Assembly: GCA_030704615.1 (NCBI GenBank)
Contig: CM060733.1
Span: 48,670,001 to 48,734,000 of the forward strand
DNA length: 64,000 nucleotides
Source of the DNA: Takakia lepidozioides
Lineage: Eukaryota; Plantae; Bryophyta
Direction of reading: 5' to 3'
This document shows positions 45,801 to 59,475 of the stretch, piece after piece. The position numbers and the translations under genes were made by a program. Below the pieces are notes generated by a model. The model did no database searches. It saw only the letters and a program-made list of their open reading frames with translations, and was not told where the DNA came from. Position 1 is the first letter of the stretch; each line of letters begins with the position of its first letter.

Positions 45801-48800
45801 CTGAGTCTTGTAGTGTTTTCTTAGCATAAGTCAAGCTATGGGGACGTAGGCATTCACCCCTCCATCTTGGCCACTACCTGCTCACAAAGATTTCTTCAGG
45901 AAAAGCACGCAATAAAGTGTGGGAGGATCCGTGTTAGTAATTTAAGCTGTGGGCTGAAATAGAAACCTGAGAATAGAAATTTTACATAGTTCTGTTGGGA
46001 GCCAGAGTCTGGAAAAGTGTTTGATGGGATGGTGGTTGCAGTCTTTAAAGGGGGCAGATGCTGAGAACATTGGCTATGTCATACCCACCACTGTCATTCA
46101 CCACTTTTTGAGTGACTTTGAGCGTAATGGGAGATACACTGGTCAGTGCTCCCAACCATTGTCTTATGTCATCCAAATTGGGTTAAGGGGGCAGATATGG
46201 CAGATTATTGTTGCTAGAGGATGGCAAAGGAAAAAGATTGGCATGATGCAGTATTGTGCTGATAGTAGCGGATATGTAGAGCTGATGGCTAGCTTTTCCT
46301 GCGGTAATGTTGTAGTAGGCATGGACACCGATGTTTGATGGACTGTAGTGTCCAGGAGTGTATTGTATCTTTCTTCTTCATCAGGAGGGAAAAATTGTTG
46401 ATTATTGGAGATTTGGGGTTGCTATTTTGTTGGCTGCATTCCAGGGTTTCCTGCAATGGGAATACTATGGCAAAAACTGGAAAACCCTGCTTTGAGGGCT
46501 TCTTTACAAATGGCCACTGGCCAGAAGGTGCTCTCTCCCCCATGCTCCCTCTCCCCTTGTTTCCAGGCGTAATGTGTGCTTACTGATGTGGTGTCTTCTA
46601 CCCATATCTCTCTCACAGTTGTACATGCCCTCTGGAGAGTCTCTTTCCACTAACTACCATGGTAGAGTTGGGATACAACTGTTGGCATGACGATAGGGTG
46701 TGTTGGTGCGGAAGGTGGAGCCAACATCCCCAGCCTTTAATGTTATACAAGCGGTCTGTATCTCTTACACAAAAAGTTGACTATTCAAATTTTGTCATAA
46801 ATGGCAGTAATCCATGTGAATGTTTTCTGGATGTCGTCAACTAGCAGATTGCATAAAGGTTTGTGAGGAGATTGACCTTTGCAGATATGCCTGTATGACT
46901 CACATGTTCTCTGATTACAGTACAAATATGGTGTTTAAATCAAAGCTACTTCAACAGGTGTTCTGATGCCTGTGTATGCTTGATGGTGTAGGGTGATGTA
47001 CTTCTGAGCTTTGATGGAACACCAGTGGCCAATGAAGGCACCGTCACATTCCGAGCAGGCGAACGCATATCTTTTGGGTTTTTAGTTAGTCAGAAGTAAT
47101 TTCAAGACCTTGGTTACACTTCTTATTCTTTGTGGGGAAGTTCTGGTTTATTGGCTGAATGAAGATTTAAAGATTCTTAGGTAGGTATGCAGCAGGCTTA
47201 AGTATCCATACTTAATGTTAGTCTTCAACTGACTTGGGGAAGGTGGAGATCAATTGACGGAGACTCCAGTACAACATAATTGTGTATATCTAACCAAAAT
47301 GGTGAATCAGGCAAATCCTGAGAATTTATTGAGTGGGTTAGAGGGAGCTCCTTGCAGCTGTAATGTAGTGGCCCTTGTCATCCATAGTGGGAGAGTGCAA
47401 GTGAAGGAGGGATGATGCTGATTTGTCACTACCTGCAATCCTAGCGCAGTTGCATACATCAAGAGCCTGCTAGAGTTCACATCAGTGAGATGACTTCTCA
47501 ATTGTGTCCCAACTGCCTCCTTCCCCACTGAACAGATGATTGGTTGTATGTGTATAGGTTTTCAGGGGAAACAGCAGACCTTGAGTTGCTACGCGATGGC
47601 AAGGTTATCAATGTTCAAACAACTCTCAAGACACCTGTTCGGCTGGTTGGCTCCCTCTCATTCTCTCTTGAGCCCTTCTATTCACACTACTTGAGCATCT
47701 GTCAGCTTCTGATGAATAGCCTATTGGTTAGCCCACTGTGACCACACAGTAGCTGGTCCTGGTTCAAATCTGCAGGTCTTGATTGAATGTATATGCTGCT
47801 ATATTAAAGTGAAGGTCTTAAATGAATTTAGCATCAAATTGTTCTATTTGGCAGTCTGCAAGTCAGCTATTGAGTAATTTTAGGGCATCATGATGAGGTG
47901 TTGGAATGCATGCATTGACTGTGGCGAGTTGTTGTGGAATTGTAGGTGCCTGTGCACATTGAAGGAAAACTGCCGTCCTATCTGATCGTGGCAGGGCTTG
48001 TCTTCACACCTGTTTGTCAGCCTTTTCTTGAGTATGTCAGATCTCTAATGTGTAGATGGATGGAGATGGAAATGCAACACAGGCAGAGTCAAAATCATTA
48101 GTACAGGTGGCTATGGTGCTTTAGTATGTTGGGGTCTTTTGTTACTTTCTCGTTGGACCTCAAAAGCTTGTCATTTCAACGTTGCTGACAATGGAATGGT
48201 TCCTGTGCAGATCAGAGTATGGTTCCGACTTTGAGTTTGATGCCCCTGTATGTTCATGTCCAACCCTACCCTCACTTTGTGGCATGAAGTCGATGTTGAA
48301 AGGCAATATTACTATGTCCCCTGGATTGTGTGCTGCAAAAACTTGCCTATGCCTTGTCATAACATCTGCATTATGCGGCTTGGAAGTCACCTTGAATTCT
48401 TCCTATAAGGAAGTGCATACACGAAGAAATTGGAAGCTAGGGAACTCAAAGCAAGTTCTTTCACAATTGTACAGGTCAAGATATTGGAGAAGGCAAGGCA
48501 TGGACTAGCTGAGTTTGACGATGAGCAATTGATTGTTGTCTCTCAGGTAATTAATATACATGTGTGTGTGTGTGTAATTAGCCTTGATTGTACTGCAATA
48601 GTGAGTCTAGGTTTAGAACTTATTCAAGTAGCATCCGCCCAAGGGTAGAGTTGTTTGTTTCAAAAAAATGAAAGTCTCATCAAGGTGGGTTGGACCTTTC
48701 CACTCAGGGTTTTAGCTGTGGATGCTATGTGAGTGTATGCAGAAAGCAATAGCATCTGCAGTTTGTGCTGATGATATTGTATCTCTTTGTCTATAGCCTT

Positions 48801-50123
48801 TTCATATGGTTAGGATTTCCAAGAGGGCGAGTGTACACAGACGCAGTTGGATGGTGTGAGGGACGTTTTCTTTTTGGTTCTAGACTAAACTAAACATCTG
48901 ACATGTGTGGTCTGTCTCACCAGGTTCTAGCGAACGATGTTAACATAGGTTACGAGGACATCAGCAACACTCTGGTAAAGTTCTCTTATACCAGTTTACT
49001 TGCCAATTGGGTTGATTCCATCCTCTGATTTTGATAAACAAGGAGTCATCATCGTTGTTTCTGTTTGCTCAATATATGAGCGTTTGCACTCAAGGTGGTG
49101 TAAAGCTGGGGAGGTTGAAAGTTTGCTGTTGCCATCATAAATAAAGGCTGTCTTGGCAACAGCAAGGAGTACTTGTGACTGATCCCTGCTAATTTGGGTG
49201 TGATTTACCCTTCAGGACATTGCATTTATGCCCTCAAGGGGATACGTACCCTGGCAGAATTGGTCTGTTGACACACCATGGTGCAAATCTTAGCAACCCA
49301 ATCAGGCATATTAACTGCAGAAATCCAACCACCATCTCAGCTTATAGAAGGGGCTGGCATGACCATCATACTGGAAAAGGACTAAGTTTGAATCCAGCAC
49401 TGTGCTCTTCAACATGCATGTGGAACTCAGGCTACGGTTGCACATCTAGTCAAAAAGGAAGGTTGGCTTTAACTCCTTGTGAATATGTGGGGTTGCAGGT
49501 ACTACGCTTCAATGGAGAGAAAATACGCAACCTCGTGCACCTCGCCCAACTCGTTGACTGTCTGTATCTCACCTTCAGTCCATCAATTACTCTTTGTGCT
49601 GCATGTCAGACACCAAAGAATTTGTTGAAAGATATCATTATTATTTTGTAATCTTGTCTGCTATTGAGAACCCTGAGAAGAAATCAACGGTATAGTGGGC
49701 AAGTCCCTGGACCTTGTGTGCGTGAGAGGTTGCTGTGATTGCGTTCCTGACTTTATATCAGATATTAACTAGATGATGGCCAGGAGATAAACACAACCTC
49801 TGCCATTTTGTATGTTGGTCAGGTTAGGATCTTGCCATTTTTGCTGATGGAATGTTTTGCTGGGTTTGTCGGGATGTGTTGCAGCATGCACAGATGGGTT
49901 CTTGCAATTTGAACTCGACTACAGTTCTTTAGTGGTGCTAGAGACCAAGGCAGCAAGGGCAGTCACTTCAACTATTCTTCAGGACCACTGCATTCCGACA
50001 GACCGGTCCCAGGATCTGATGGAGATCACTGTGGATGCCACCCCCATTAATGGGCAAAGCCCATTGCCAGATGGAATTCCTCCATCAAACAGTGCAGGGC
50101 TCAATCCCGCTTCCAACATGTAG
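39808..50123 (+). CDS. Deg/HtrA serine protease, DEG2/DEG9 family, ~21 exons, probable plastid transit peptide
   Basis: [88 protein letters not shown], plus PDZ segments to ..IPTDRSQDL; His-Asp-Ser triad intact. N-terminal exons less certain. Confidence 0.93.
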
Positions 50124-50678
50124 TTGCAGCAATAGTGAAACCCAATTTGCATAGGGAGATAGTATTGAAAATGTCACATTCTTATTTATTACTTGGCCAC
50201 CAGCGGACAAAGAGCACTCCCGCCATTCATTTCAGGCCTGTGCTTTTCACCATTTGCATATCCACATTTCAAAGAGTCCCAATGTACTGAGGAAATTTGG
50301 GTGTTTCAGAGGATGAAGACCATTTTTCTTTCCCTTGTGTTACTCTTGAATCACAACCAATCACACTTGATTGTACAGTACTGGAGTGCAGTTACAGGCT
50401 ATTCCCTAGATCAAGCTTTGCCCTGACTGGTCCTCATGAATTTTGGTACATATTGGACGGTTGTCAGAACTTGTAACCAGCAACTGTTCAGATGAGTCCA
50501 AGCATCTGGAGAACCACATCCACAGATTGCATAGAAATGTGCGGTTCCGCTGTGAATGGCATAAGTTCCTGTAATGTGAGATTCAGATCTTGACAATGAG
50601 GAAGAGGAAGGGCTTGTCTCTATGAGGGCAGGTCTCTGGAAGTAGGGGCAAGGGTAATTTGAGGGGAGAAGGGCGGCC

Positions 50679-50963
50679 ATGGCGTTCTCGGGGCTGAGAG
50701 GGCTGGCCAGCATGAAGCTGAAGGACGTGCCCAGCTTTGTGAGATCTAGCGTAACGAAGGAGAATGTGTCGAAGAAGACCTCGGGCTTCCTGTACAATTA
50801 CACCGAGAAATATATAAAGACGAGCAGCATTAGGCCCCTCAACGATGTGATGATCGGTATCTTCATCTTGTCTTATGCAGTTGGCTGGCCTACTGAGATT
50901 CGCCACTTGCGTCATGCTGAGGAGATGGCCAAACATAAAGGGAAAGGGAAAGAGCATCATTGA
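50679..50963 (+). CDS. ATP17: Mitochondrial ATP synthase subunit f (plant ATP17-like), intronless
   Basis: 94 aa: MKLKDVPSFV..YNYTEKYIKTSSIRPL...SYAVGWPTEIRHLRH, His-rich end; matches the At4g30010-type pattern (KELP..NYNEKYIQTSS.DP..SYLVALP.ERRHL) from memory. Confidence 0.85.
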   Translation: MAFSGLRGLASMKLKDVPSFVRSSVTKENVSKKTSGFLYNYTEKYIKTSSIRPLNDVMIGIFILSYAVGWPTEIRHLRHAEEMAKHKGKGKEHH

Positions 50964-52345
50964 TCGGAGATCACTTCTTTTCAATTCTTGGTCCTTTGAA
51001 CACTCTTGAGCCGGTTAGAAGACATGGCTGAACTTAGCTATGGAAGAAAAAGCGCTTGGTAGAGCACCCATGTGGAGGGTTCATAGCTGCAGGAAGCTGT
51101 CTCTTCTTTGAACCGTCATTTATGACACCATGCTCCAAAGATGGAATTCTTTTGGCAACACCTGTGATCTGACATTTGATATGAATGCAATTGCAAATGG
51201 AAGCCCTGAATGCTTAACGATTATGAACAACGCAACTCAGAATGCGTGTATCCATGTGTGTGAAGATTGCATGGAAGAAAGACAGTGACATGGTTCTTAA
51301 AATGCATTATCCTCCTTCAATCTTGATAACGCCAAAGTAGGAGTGCCATCTCATAAACCTCATCTCAGGGAATCTGCTTGCCTAGAGAATGCACATGGGA
51401 TTTCATCTTCATGACTCGCTCCATTTGAAGATACACAAGCCTTCCAGGAAGTTGGAATTTCTACAAGAAGCCGGGACCTTTCCACCATCATTGCAGCGGA
51501 GGGTTTGTTTGCTCTAGCCATCAGTGAGACCTGAATTGAGATTCCAGTTATGCACTTGAAGGAGGATAGATCACCAATCCATCCGAAAGATCAATGCCCT
51601 GATGGGCACTATCCTTATGCACTTGTATCGAAATTCCAACACAGATTTTTGAGGCAGATAATACGAAGAAGACACCATTGACTTGGAAGTAGAAAAGAGA
51701 AAAAGAAATCCCTTGCACCTCTTCTTTGTTCTTGGAAACTTGGTCGGAAGCTTCCTCAGCATGAGCCTAGGTGCTTTTAATTACTGTACTTCTAGCCAGG
51801 TTTCTTTGATGTGCTTTGCAGAGGGCTCAAAGTAAAGTGATCACTTTTGTTCTCTATGCCATTTCTGCCCTCCCTTGTTTGAGTTACTTCGATTGATTGG
51901 ATTTTAGAGTTGGCTGTTGAAGTCTATGGTGTCACTTCATTCCAAAGGGCTACTGCATTCCGTTTGAAAGGCGGACACACCTTCCGGTCTGAGAGTCCAC
52001 ACAATTGGACCTTGCGACCTTCTTTTGCAGGTGGGTTGATTGAAATGGGTGACATCCAACATAGACCCACCACGCTCAGTTGTAAGAGAGCCTTGTCCCA
52101 GAACCATTGGGCCATCTGTTGGATACTTGCATGTTATTAGTAAACTTAGCAGGCTGACTGTGTATTTTTTTTGGGTTGAAACAGAGTATCATAGAATAGC
52201 ATTTGACCGGAAGAACCGGTGAGCTCTTGGCGGAGAGTGCAGGGTTCTCTCATCGCTGCCTCTCGTACCATCTGCTCTTCTTCTCTTCTCCTGTCGCTTT
52301 TCTGGGGCAGCTTCTAACGCTAAAACCCACAATCAGAAGGAGGCT

Positions 52346-54726
52346 ATGGCTCCCGTGAAAGCTGTGGTAGTGCTGACTGGATCCGGTGGAGTGGGCGGGA
52401 CCGTCACCTTCGTGCAGGAGGGCGAAGGTATGACTTTTCCTCCACCATGTGATGGCAGGTCAGACTCTGCTTATTTGTGGGTGTTTTGATCAGTCTGGCA
52501 CACCACCCGTGTAACGGCCATAGATGGGTACTGTTTTCTTGGTTGAGGAGGTGTCATGGAGCTGGAATCTAGTCGTTTCCTTCCTACCCCTTTGATTTAT
52601 CAAGATCGTTGTTTTCGCCAGGGATCGAGCTTAACATTAGAAGGTTCCCTCGCGATGAAGTGACCTCTCACCGTATGTTTGGTGTGATCGGGTTTGGATG
52701 TCTTACTGCTGGAGCATTTTGTGGGTTTCCCTTTGCGCCCATGTGTGTTGATGTGGGTATTAAAGTAGGCATGCCTGAGGTGTATTTTCCTTGGTAATCC
52801 TCTGATTCCCAGTGGATGTGCATGGGGTCTTTATAGTTGTTGTGGGTAGAGTGCGTTTGGCCTTGTTGCGCAGTCGGAGTGCGGAATATTTTCGTTGAAT
52901 GCAAAATTATCATTGTTAAAGGGCTTTCTTTTTAAGAATCGTGAGAGACCCGAAATCCCACAGACTGGGTATGAAGCTCAGGGGTGGAGAAAGTTATTGT
53001 AACGCATCCGTCTCATTTTTGGACTTCCTGTGCACTCTACTTGGTAAATATTAAGATGCCAAACATGTTTCATCACCACGAGGGCTGACATGCAGTCTCT
53101 GGAATGTAGTTGTGCGATGAAGATGCGGTCTAGTCTGCATACTTCTTTTTTCACATCAAATTTATGATTGTTTCGCTATGACACTGCCTAATGGGTGTCT
53201 GAGGTCAGTCTTGGCCATCGCTCGTGCGGCTTGGTTGGCTTCAGCGCCCTGCACATCTACCAGAGGATTGAGGAAATTCAGTTGGATTGTGAAAGTTTCA
53301 AAAAGAAAGAGGCTTGCCCTGCTACCTGCAGCCTCAAGGCCGGAGACTGTGCTGAGTTTGGGCAATTGAAGAAGAAGACACTGGCTGACAAGGAACATTA
53401 TTGAAGGCTAGCTGAAATAATGGGATTGATTGGCTGCTATATTCCTTCTGGCCTTCCTGACTTTCTGTAGAAAGTTCTTACCACAGCCTGACATGTCTTC
53501 AAAACTTCACTGTTTCAGCACAGTGAATGCCCACTGTCATCTTGAAATGAAAAAATGATCTCTCCAGTTTTCTTGTCAACCTCAAAAAGCAGGTGTACAT
53601 GAGCTGAAGTATCCATAAACTATGGTATCTCTTCACTCTAAAGGGCTACTGCCTTGTTTTTGGAAGGACACCTTGTAACACGGAACGGAGAAATGCCATT
53701 GCAAAGAAGAATACTGAAATGAGTAAGCGGCACCACAATGAAATGAAGATCTACTTCCTTGACCTGGTAGTTTATCCACATAGAGGAAACTGCATAGCCA
53801 ATTCGGCCTGCAGCTGGTGTAGACTGAATGGAATGGAGTTCACGATGTCCTCACTGAATGAGTTCTCTTTTATCATAATCTCATAGCATCAACCATGACA
53901 CAGTTGTGTTGAAATAGCATGGCAAAGTCCTATGTGAATTTGATTCATGTCAGATATTGCATGCAAATGAACCTGTACAACTGGTGACAATAAGAGGCCA
54001 ATGACATGAGCTGTGAAAATCATTCTGGTTGTGATAAATTCGAACATGAGGCAAGGTTCCTAGAGACACTCAACCTCAGTCATGAGAGGCAAAATTTAGG
54101 TTGGAGCCTGGAGAGTAAGGCTGTGCTATGTAGGTCCCCTGATGTATGGATGCTCTGTGTGGAGATTGGAATCATTGGTCCCTTCAATGTCTGCCTTGCA
54201 GAAGAGATTTGGATCATACATGCACATATCCTGAGGATTTAATTTATCAAAACGTGTGGATGTCCACGAGTTCTGTTTTCCATTTCTGAAACAATTTTTG
54301 TTTCCTAATATCATGGAGAACAACTGTTCAAAGTTATTGCTTGAGGATGCCATTGGGGTGAGCATCCACATTGATTGTATTCTGTTTTAACTGTGACAGG
54401 TCCCACAGTCGTGGAGGGAAAGGTGACTGGCTTACAGCCGGGCAAACATGGATTCCATGTCCATGCTCTCGGTGACACAACCAATGGTTGCCTTTCTACT
54501 GGTAATGATCCTGGCTGTCCTCCTTGATGACAGATATCAAAATTCTAAAGCAGGGGATGTGCACACCGTTGTAGTTCAGTCGCCTACTATTGATGTTCAC
54601 TGAGTGTGTGTGTGTATGTGTGCACTAGGCCCACACTTCAACCCCAAGGGAGTGGAGCATGGGGCTCCTGAGGATGACCTCCGTCATGCTGGGGACCTAG
54701 GCAACATTATTGCTAATGACGAGGGT

Positions 54727-54798
<72 letters not shown>

Positions 54799-54938
54799 CC
54801 TCTCTCTCTTTGTATCAAGGTAAGTCACACTGCTGGAGTGAGCCCCTCACAAAGGTAGTACCTATTCCCTGTGTTTCTGTCCAAACTGGGTGTGGGATCT
54901 TTGGCCACAAGGCTACAGCAAACAAAGTGTTATGAGTA

Positions 54939-54979
<41 letters not shown>

Positions 54980-57240
54980 TTGTAATGGCCACAAGGCTAC
55001 GGCAAACAACGTCTTATGAGTACATTCTCTCTCCGTGTTGGATGCCCAAAGACTGTCCGATGAAATGAAGTTAGGCATCAATCTTCCCTGAACTTGTTCG
55101 CAGACTTTGACACGGGTGAGGATCTTAAGGATGATCTCAAGGGCCTGCCAACCCTAGGCACTACTCTGAAATTTAAACTCGGGGCAGGAACCGTTGAACA
55201 AAAAACAGATGCAGAGAGGGAAAGGAGATTGTAACTGCCTGATGTGCTGGCAGCCTGAACACAATATCCAGTTTCTGATAGATTGGCCGGAATATTCTTA
55301 CCAAAGTGTGACCCTCTTCGGGAACATCAAGAACATTGTACCCACCCATACTACCGGATTGAGACCCTCACAAAGGTAGTGTCTGTTCCCTTTGTTCTGC
55401 CCAAACTGAGCGCGCAGGCCGCAAGGCCAAACAACGTCTTATGAGTACACACACACTCTCTCTCTCTCTCTCTCTCTCTTCATGAAGAGGTATCACTGCT
55501 TGTATGTAATGCAATATCCACACATTGCAGCTGGAGACTCCAGCCCTGCCAAACCTTTACAAGTAAACTTCTTCATTCATTTCGGCTGCCTGTTCACACA
55601 TACAGCTGCACCCTCAACATTACAATTGAAGTGAACTTCAGTGCAGGCATCTGCATTCCAACTGTGGGAATCCAACCAATTCCTCAGTGACTAGGACTTC
55701 AACCACCAGAATGAAAGGAGAGATAGATGATCTTACCACTTGAATGAGGTGAAGCATGTTTGGTACACCTTGTGGTGATTTATGGTAAACAATCAATATA
55801 CAGTTGAAGTTTATTTGCAGTCTGTTTGTTGGGAGTACAGACATGCACCCTGGTAACAGTCAGAGGGTTGGGCTGTGACATGGATGCAGGTGTTGCAGAG
55901 ATCAGCTTGAAGGATAGTCATGTACAATACACCACAAACAATACCTCCTTCACATGATTGACGTGTTTCCTCAATGTTTATCTCTCACAAATAGTTCCAT
56001 GGTTAGAGCAGGGAAGACACGAGTGAGCATTGCTTGCTCAGTCACTCCTCATTTAGGTTGGATATCCAGTGACTCATCTATAATAGATGGTACTCTGTTA
56101 GCAAGAGCTTGAGAGGCAAACTTCCCAGAGAATAACCACCCTATGGAATTTGTGGATTGCGAAGGAGTGGTCTCACCTCTGTTTTGCATTTGGGCAGATT
56201 CCACTGTGTGGGGCAAATTCCATTGTCGGTCGTGCTGTGGTGGTGCATGCTGACCCTGATGATCTTGGCAAGGGTAAGTCTCTTCTTTTGGATGCTGCAA
56301 GTGATGTAGCTTGAATTCTGTTTGGGAAGTAGTGATTCGGAATGGCCAGGATTGTCTGTAGTCAGCTTTTGTGGTCAGTTTGTCATCAGTTATACCTGTA
56401 TAAGGTAGTATGCCATCTTGAAGGTTCTTCTGTGAGGATTGTGACCGTTTAATAACACCAAAGGATATATAATGACATCGGAGTATAATCCAAGAACTAG
56501 TCAGAGGGTTATGCTCCTTGTGGTTGGATCGAAAAATGTTTCACAAGAGAAACTGAAGCACAAAGAATGTCAGACACCCTAGTATTGCGTTGCATGTGTT
56601 CACATCAGAGGTTTGTCATAATTTCCAAAGAAGATTCTTGATTGGGCTCTTTCACCGTTGGGCTTGTGGAAAATGGCAAACACTTTCCGCCGCTGAGTCG
56701 GAGTGGTCCATAAAGTTAGCCGTGAGTAGTTTGGTCATGGGTTTTGCGGGAATGTTACTTGGTGCGCCCAAAGTGAATTTTAGATGTGACAAGACTGCTG
56801 TGGCATCCTTAAATCTCTGCAGGTGGCCATGAGCTGAGCAAGAGCACCGGGAATGCTGGTGGCAGACTTGCCTGTGGTGAGTGGCACTTCTATTGTGGCC
56901 ATGTTCATGAAGCGTCCTGTCATGTATGTCTCAGTTGATATGCATGTGTCTAGTGCTGTGTATTTCCTTGGTTTATGTGGTGGCTGGAGATCCTGTGTTT
57001 TCATGGAGTTCTAGTGTATTTCTACACTCTGATGGAGTGCTCTAGTGCTGTGTGCTCCCTTGGTTTATCTGGTGGCTGGAGATCCTGTGTTTTCTTGGAG
57101 TTCTAGTGTATTTCTACACTCTGATGGAGTGCTGGTGCCTGTGAACTGGTGGATTGCTGCTCCTGTTTTATGTCATACACGGAGTATTACAACACAGACT
57201 TCTTTGTGCAGGTGTGATTGGCTTTCAGGCAGCAGCTTGA
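52346..57240 (+). CDS. Cu/Zn superoxide dismutase, non-plastid type, 7 exons
   Basis: Exons 52346-52427, 54400-54501, 54629-54724, ~55890-55921, ~56197-56272, 56823-56876, 57212-57240; [67 protein letters not shown]. Confidence 0.97.
54730..55480. repeat. (CT)n microsatellites with duplicated ~120-bp modules in SOD intron 3
   Basis: CCCTCACAAAGGTAGT..CCAAACTG..GGCC.CAAGGC..AAACAA.GT.TTATGAGTACA(CT)n at ~54844 and ~55365; partial third copy at ~54987. Confidence 0.8.
56968..57133. repeat. ~92-bp tandem duplication in SOD intron 6
   Basis: TTGGTTTAT.TGGTGGCTGGAGATCCTGTGTTTTC.TGGAGTTCTAGTGTATTTCTACACTCTGATGGAGTGCT occurs twice. Confidence 0.85.
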
Positions 57241-59042
57241 AGTTTGGCCAGCAGTGATGCCCTGAGGGCCTGACTTTCCACGATGTGTAGGGAGGCCAAT
57301 ATGAAGTTCGGTGAAGGTAGAAGTGTTGCACCGTGTTTTTACTTCAACCTCTTTAACAGATGAACTAGTTGTAATCAGTTAACTGCATCTTGTCTCCAAG
57401 ACTGATACTAAGCAGTAAAGCTGTTGATTTTGTATTGGGTGTGATGGTTAATTAATATCCCTGAGAAGAGCTGTGGGTCAAGGTGCATTCTCTTACACGG
57501 GAATTGCATATTTCTTGGAGAAATTCGGACAAACAGTACTCGACAAATTAGATTGTGGTTACCCAACTAAGTCAGACTCATGCTACTGCTCAATTCATGT
57601 CGAGCAAAATCAAAGATAGTTGTACAGGAAAAGTATTGTGCGAATTGTGCATAGTTATCCCATCCTCTTCATCCTCTTCAACCTGCTGAAGCTAGGGTAA
57701 CTGAAATTTTCAACAGTCTTCTTGCAAGGATGGTTGTCCCTTGCAAACCCTCGCAAGTGCCTTTCCTCTCTCTAATGCCCTATACACAATGCGGGGTCAA
57801 GCTACTTTTGGGCAGCCTTCACTCTTGTGATGCACCATGCCTTGGTATAGTAATTTTCAATGTGTTGCATTCATCCGTTCTCATACTTTAGTTCTCAATA
57901 AAAAAAATTGGTCCGTGATCAATGTGCTTTAAGACATTGAAGTTTGGAAAAGAAAGGATTTGGAGGGAGCGATATCTCTCGTCCCCTGCCGAGCTCTTTG
58001 AATCTAATCCCTCCCTGAGATCATGTACGGGAAGCTTTTTACTTTAGATGTGAACCTAACCTCCTAACTTTTATTTTGATATCACAATATCAGATTCAGG
58101 TTTTACGGAAGTTCATCATTCCTTCATCCAGGCTACCACTCTTCAACTCCCTTCTTGTTTGGCGGCGCCATGTATCCGTATCAGACTCCCCCCACTCCCT
58201 CACCTTGCTGCCGCCGTTTCGGTCAAGTCATATAATTTCGCCCCTGCCACTTGGTCGGCTTCCTTTGCTGCCAACATTTCACTACCCGCCTTCTTCTCCC
58301 CTTCTCCTACTCTGATGCTCAGCCCTTCAGGCTGCTTCAGCGTGTTCAGGTTTTGCACCTTAATCTACGTCTATTCTCTACTTCATCTCCTACCCCTTCT
58401 ATCAGCAATGGGTCCCTATAGCTCCTCCCAACTGCAAGCAATTTGTGGAATAGGCCTTAGCGGGAGTCCTCTAGAATTCCTCCGGAGGTCGCACTCAGCC
58501 CATCTGGAACATGATTTTTTCTGGCTCATCAAGCCCAATCCCTTCCACGATCACCTCAGGTTTGGGTGTGTTTTCTCCCCCACTTCCCCTAGGTTCTACA
58601 GCCCATCCAGAACCCAACGAGGCAGCTACAGTGAGGAAATGCTTCCTTTCCCTGACTCGGTGGAGCAAATCGTTGATATTGTGGCAGAACATGAAGCTAT
58701 GAACGTAGACTTCCTGATGATTGCTTTGAAATTGTGGACATACACAAATGAATTTCATGCATGAAAGAAAATGGCATTCTGGTTCACTTCCCTGTTAAGA
58801 AAGTTAATAGAGCTTACGTTAGGGATTGGGCCATTTGACATCTGGGGAGGCCGGTTGAGCTCAAACAACATCTTTGTTATACTAAGGGTAGAAGGTTTTT
58901 TTCCATTGTCTTTTGAAACTTAGCATGTTGCAGCTCAAGCCCTGAAGTTCAATCCTCACCTAAATGGATTCAATGTCAACATTTTTCCATGGTCTTCTAA
59001 GATCCAAGGTAATATGAATGGTAAATTGTGGGGGCCCAGAAT

Positions 59043-59143
59043 CGGCGTAACTTCTGTCCTGAAGTTACGGCGAAGTGGCTCTTAGTTACACCGGTTCCGG
59101 CCGATTAAGTTCTGGAACCGGCGTAACTAGGAGTCACTTCGCC
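59043..59143 (+). repeat. Two adjoining inverted repeats; the larger has a 32-bp stem
   Basis: GGCGAAGTGGCTCTTAGTTACACCGGTTCCGG (59069-59100) pairs with CTGGAACCGGCGTAACTAGGAGTCACTTCGCC (59112-59143); a smaller CGTAACTTC/GAAGTTACG hairpin lies just upstream. Confidence 0.85.
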
Positions 59144-59475
59144 TCAGGCTACTAGCCCCTTTCGGGTGTGGGCTCTGTTAAAAAAGCAGGCAAAGCCTAC
59201 AGGTGTCACGGGGACACGGGGTAACCAAGGGATAGGGGTACCTAGGGTACCGAGAGGGGGTTGGATTCTATTTGCCGCTTATTAGTAATAATAGTTATGA
59301 GGGAGCAAAGCGCCGTGAGGCGGATTGCCTTGAAGCATTTATAGATATGAGAAATAGAGATATTAAGTTGTGTATTGCGGTAATACTGGCATTGTGGATG
59401 CCACATCTAGTTCCAGCAATGATAACAGTTAGTGGGCCGGTGTTCCAACCTCGTTGGCAAATTGTGAGGATGACT

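Noticed and set aside
58076-58980. 201-aa ORF, possibly a decayed LINE ORF1
   Set aside because: No recognisable motif or splice structure; cannot support a call.
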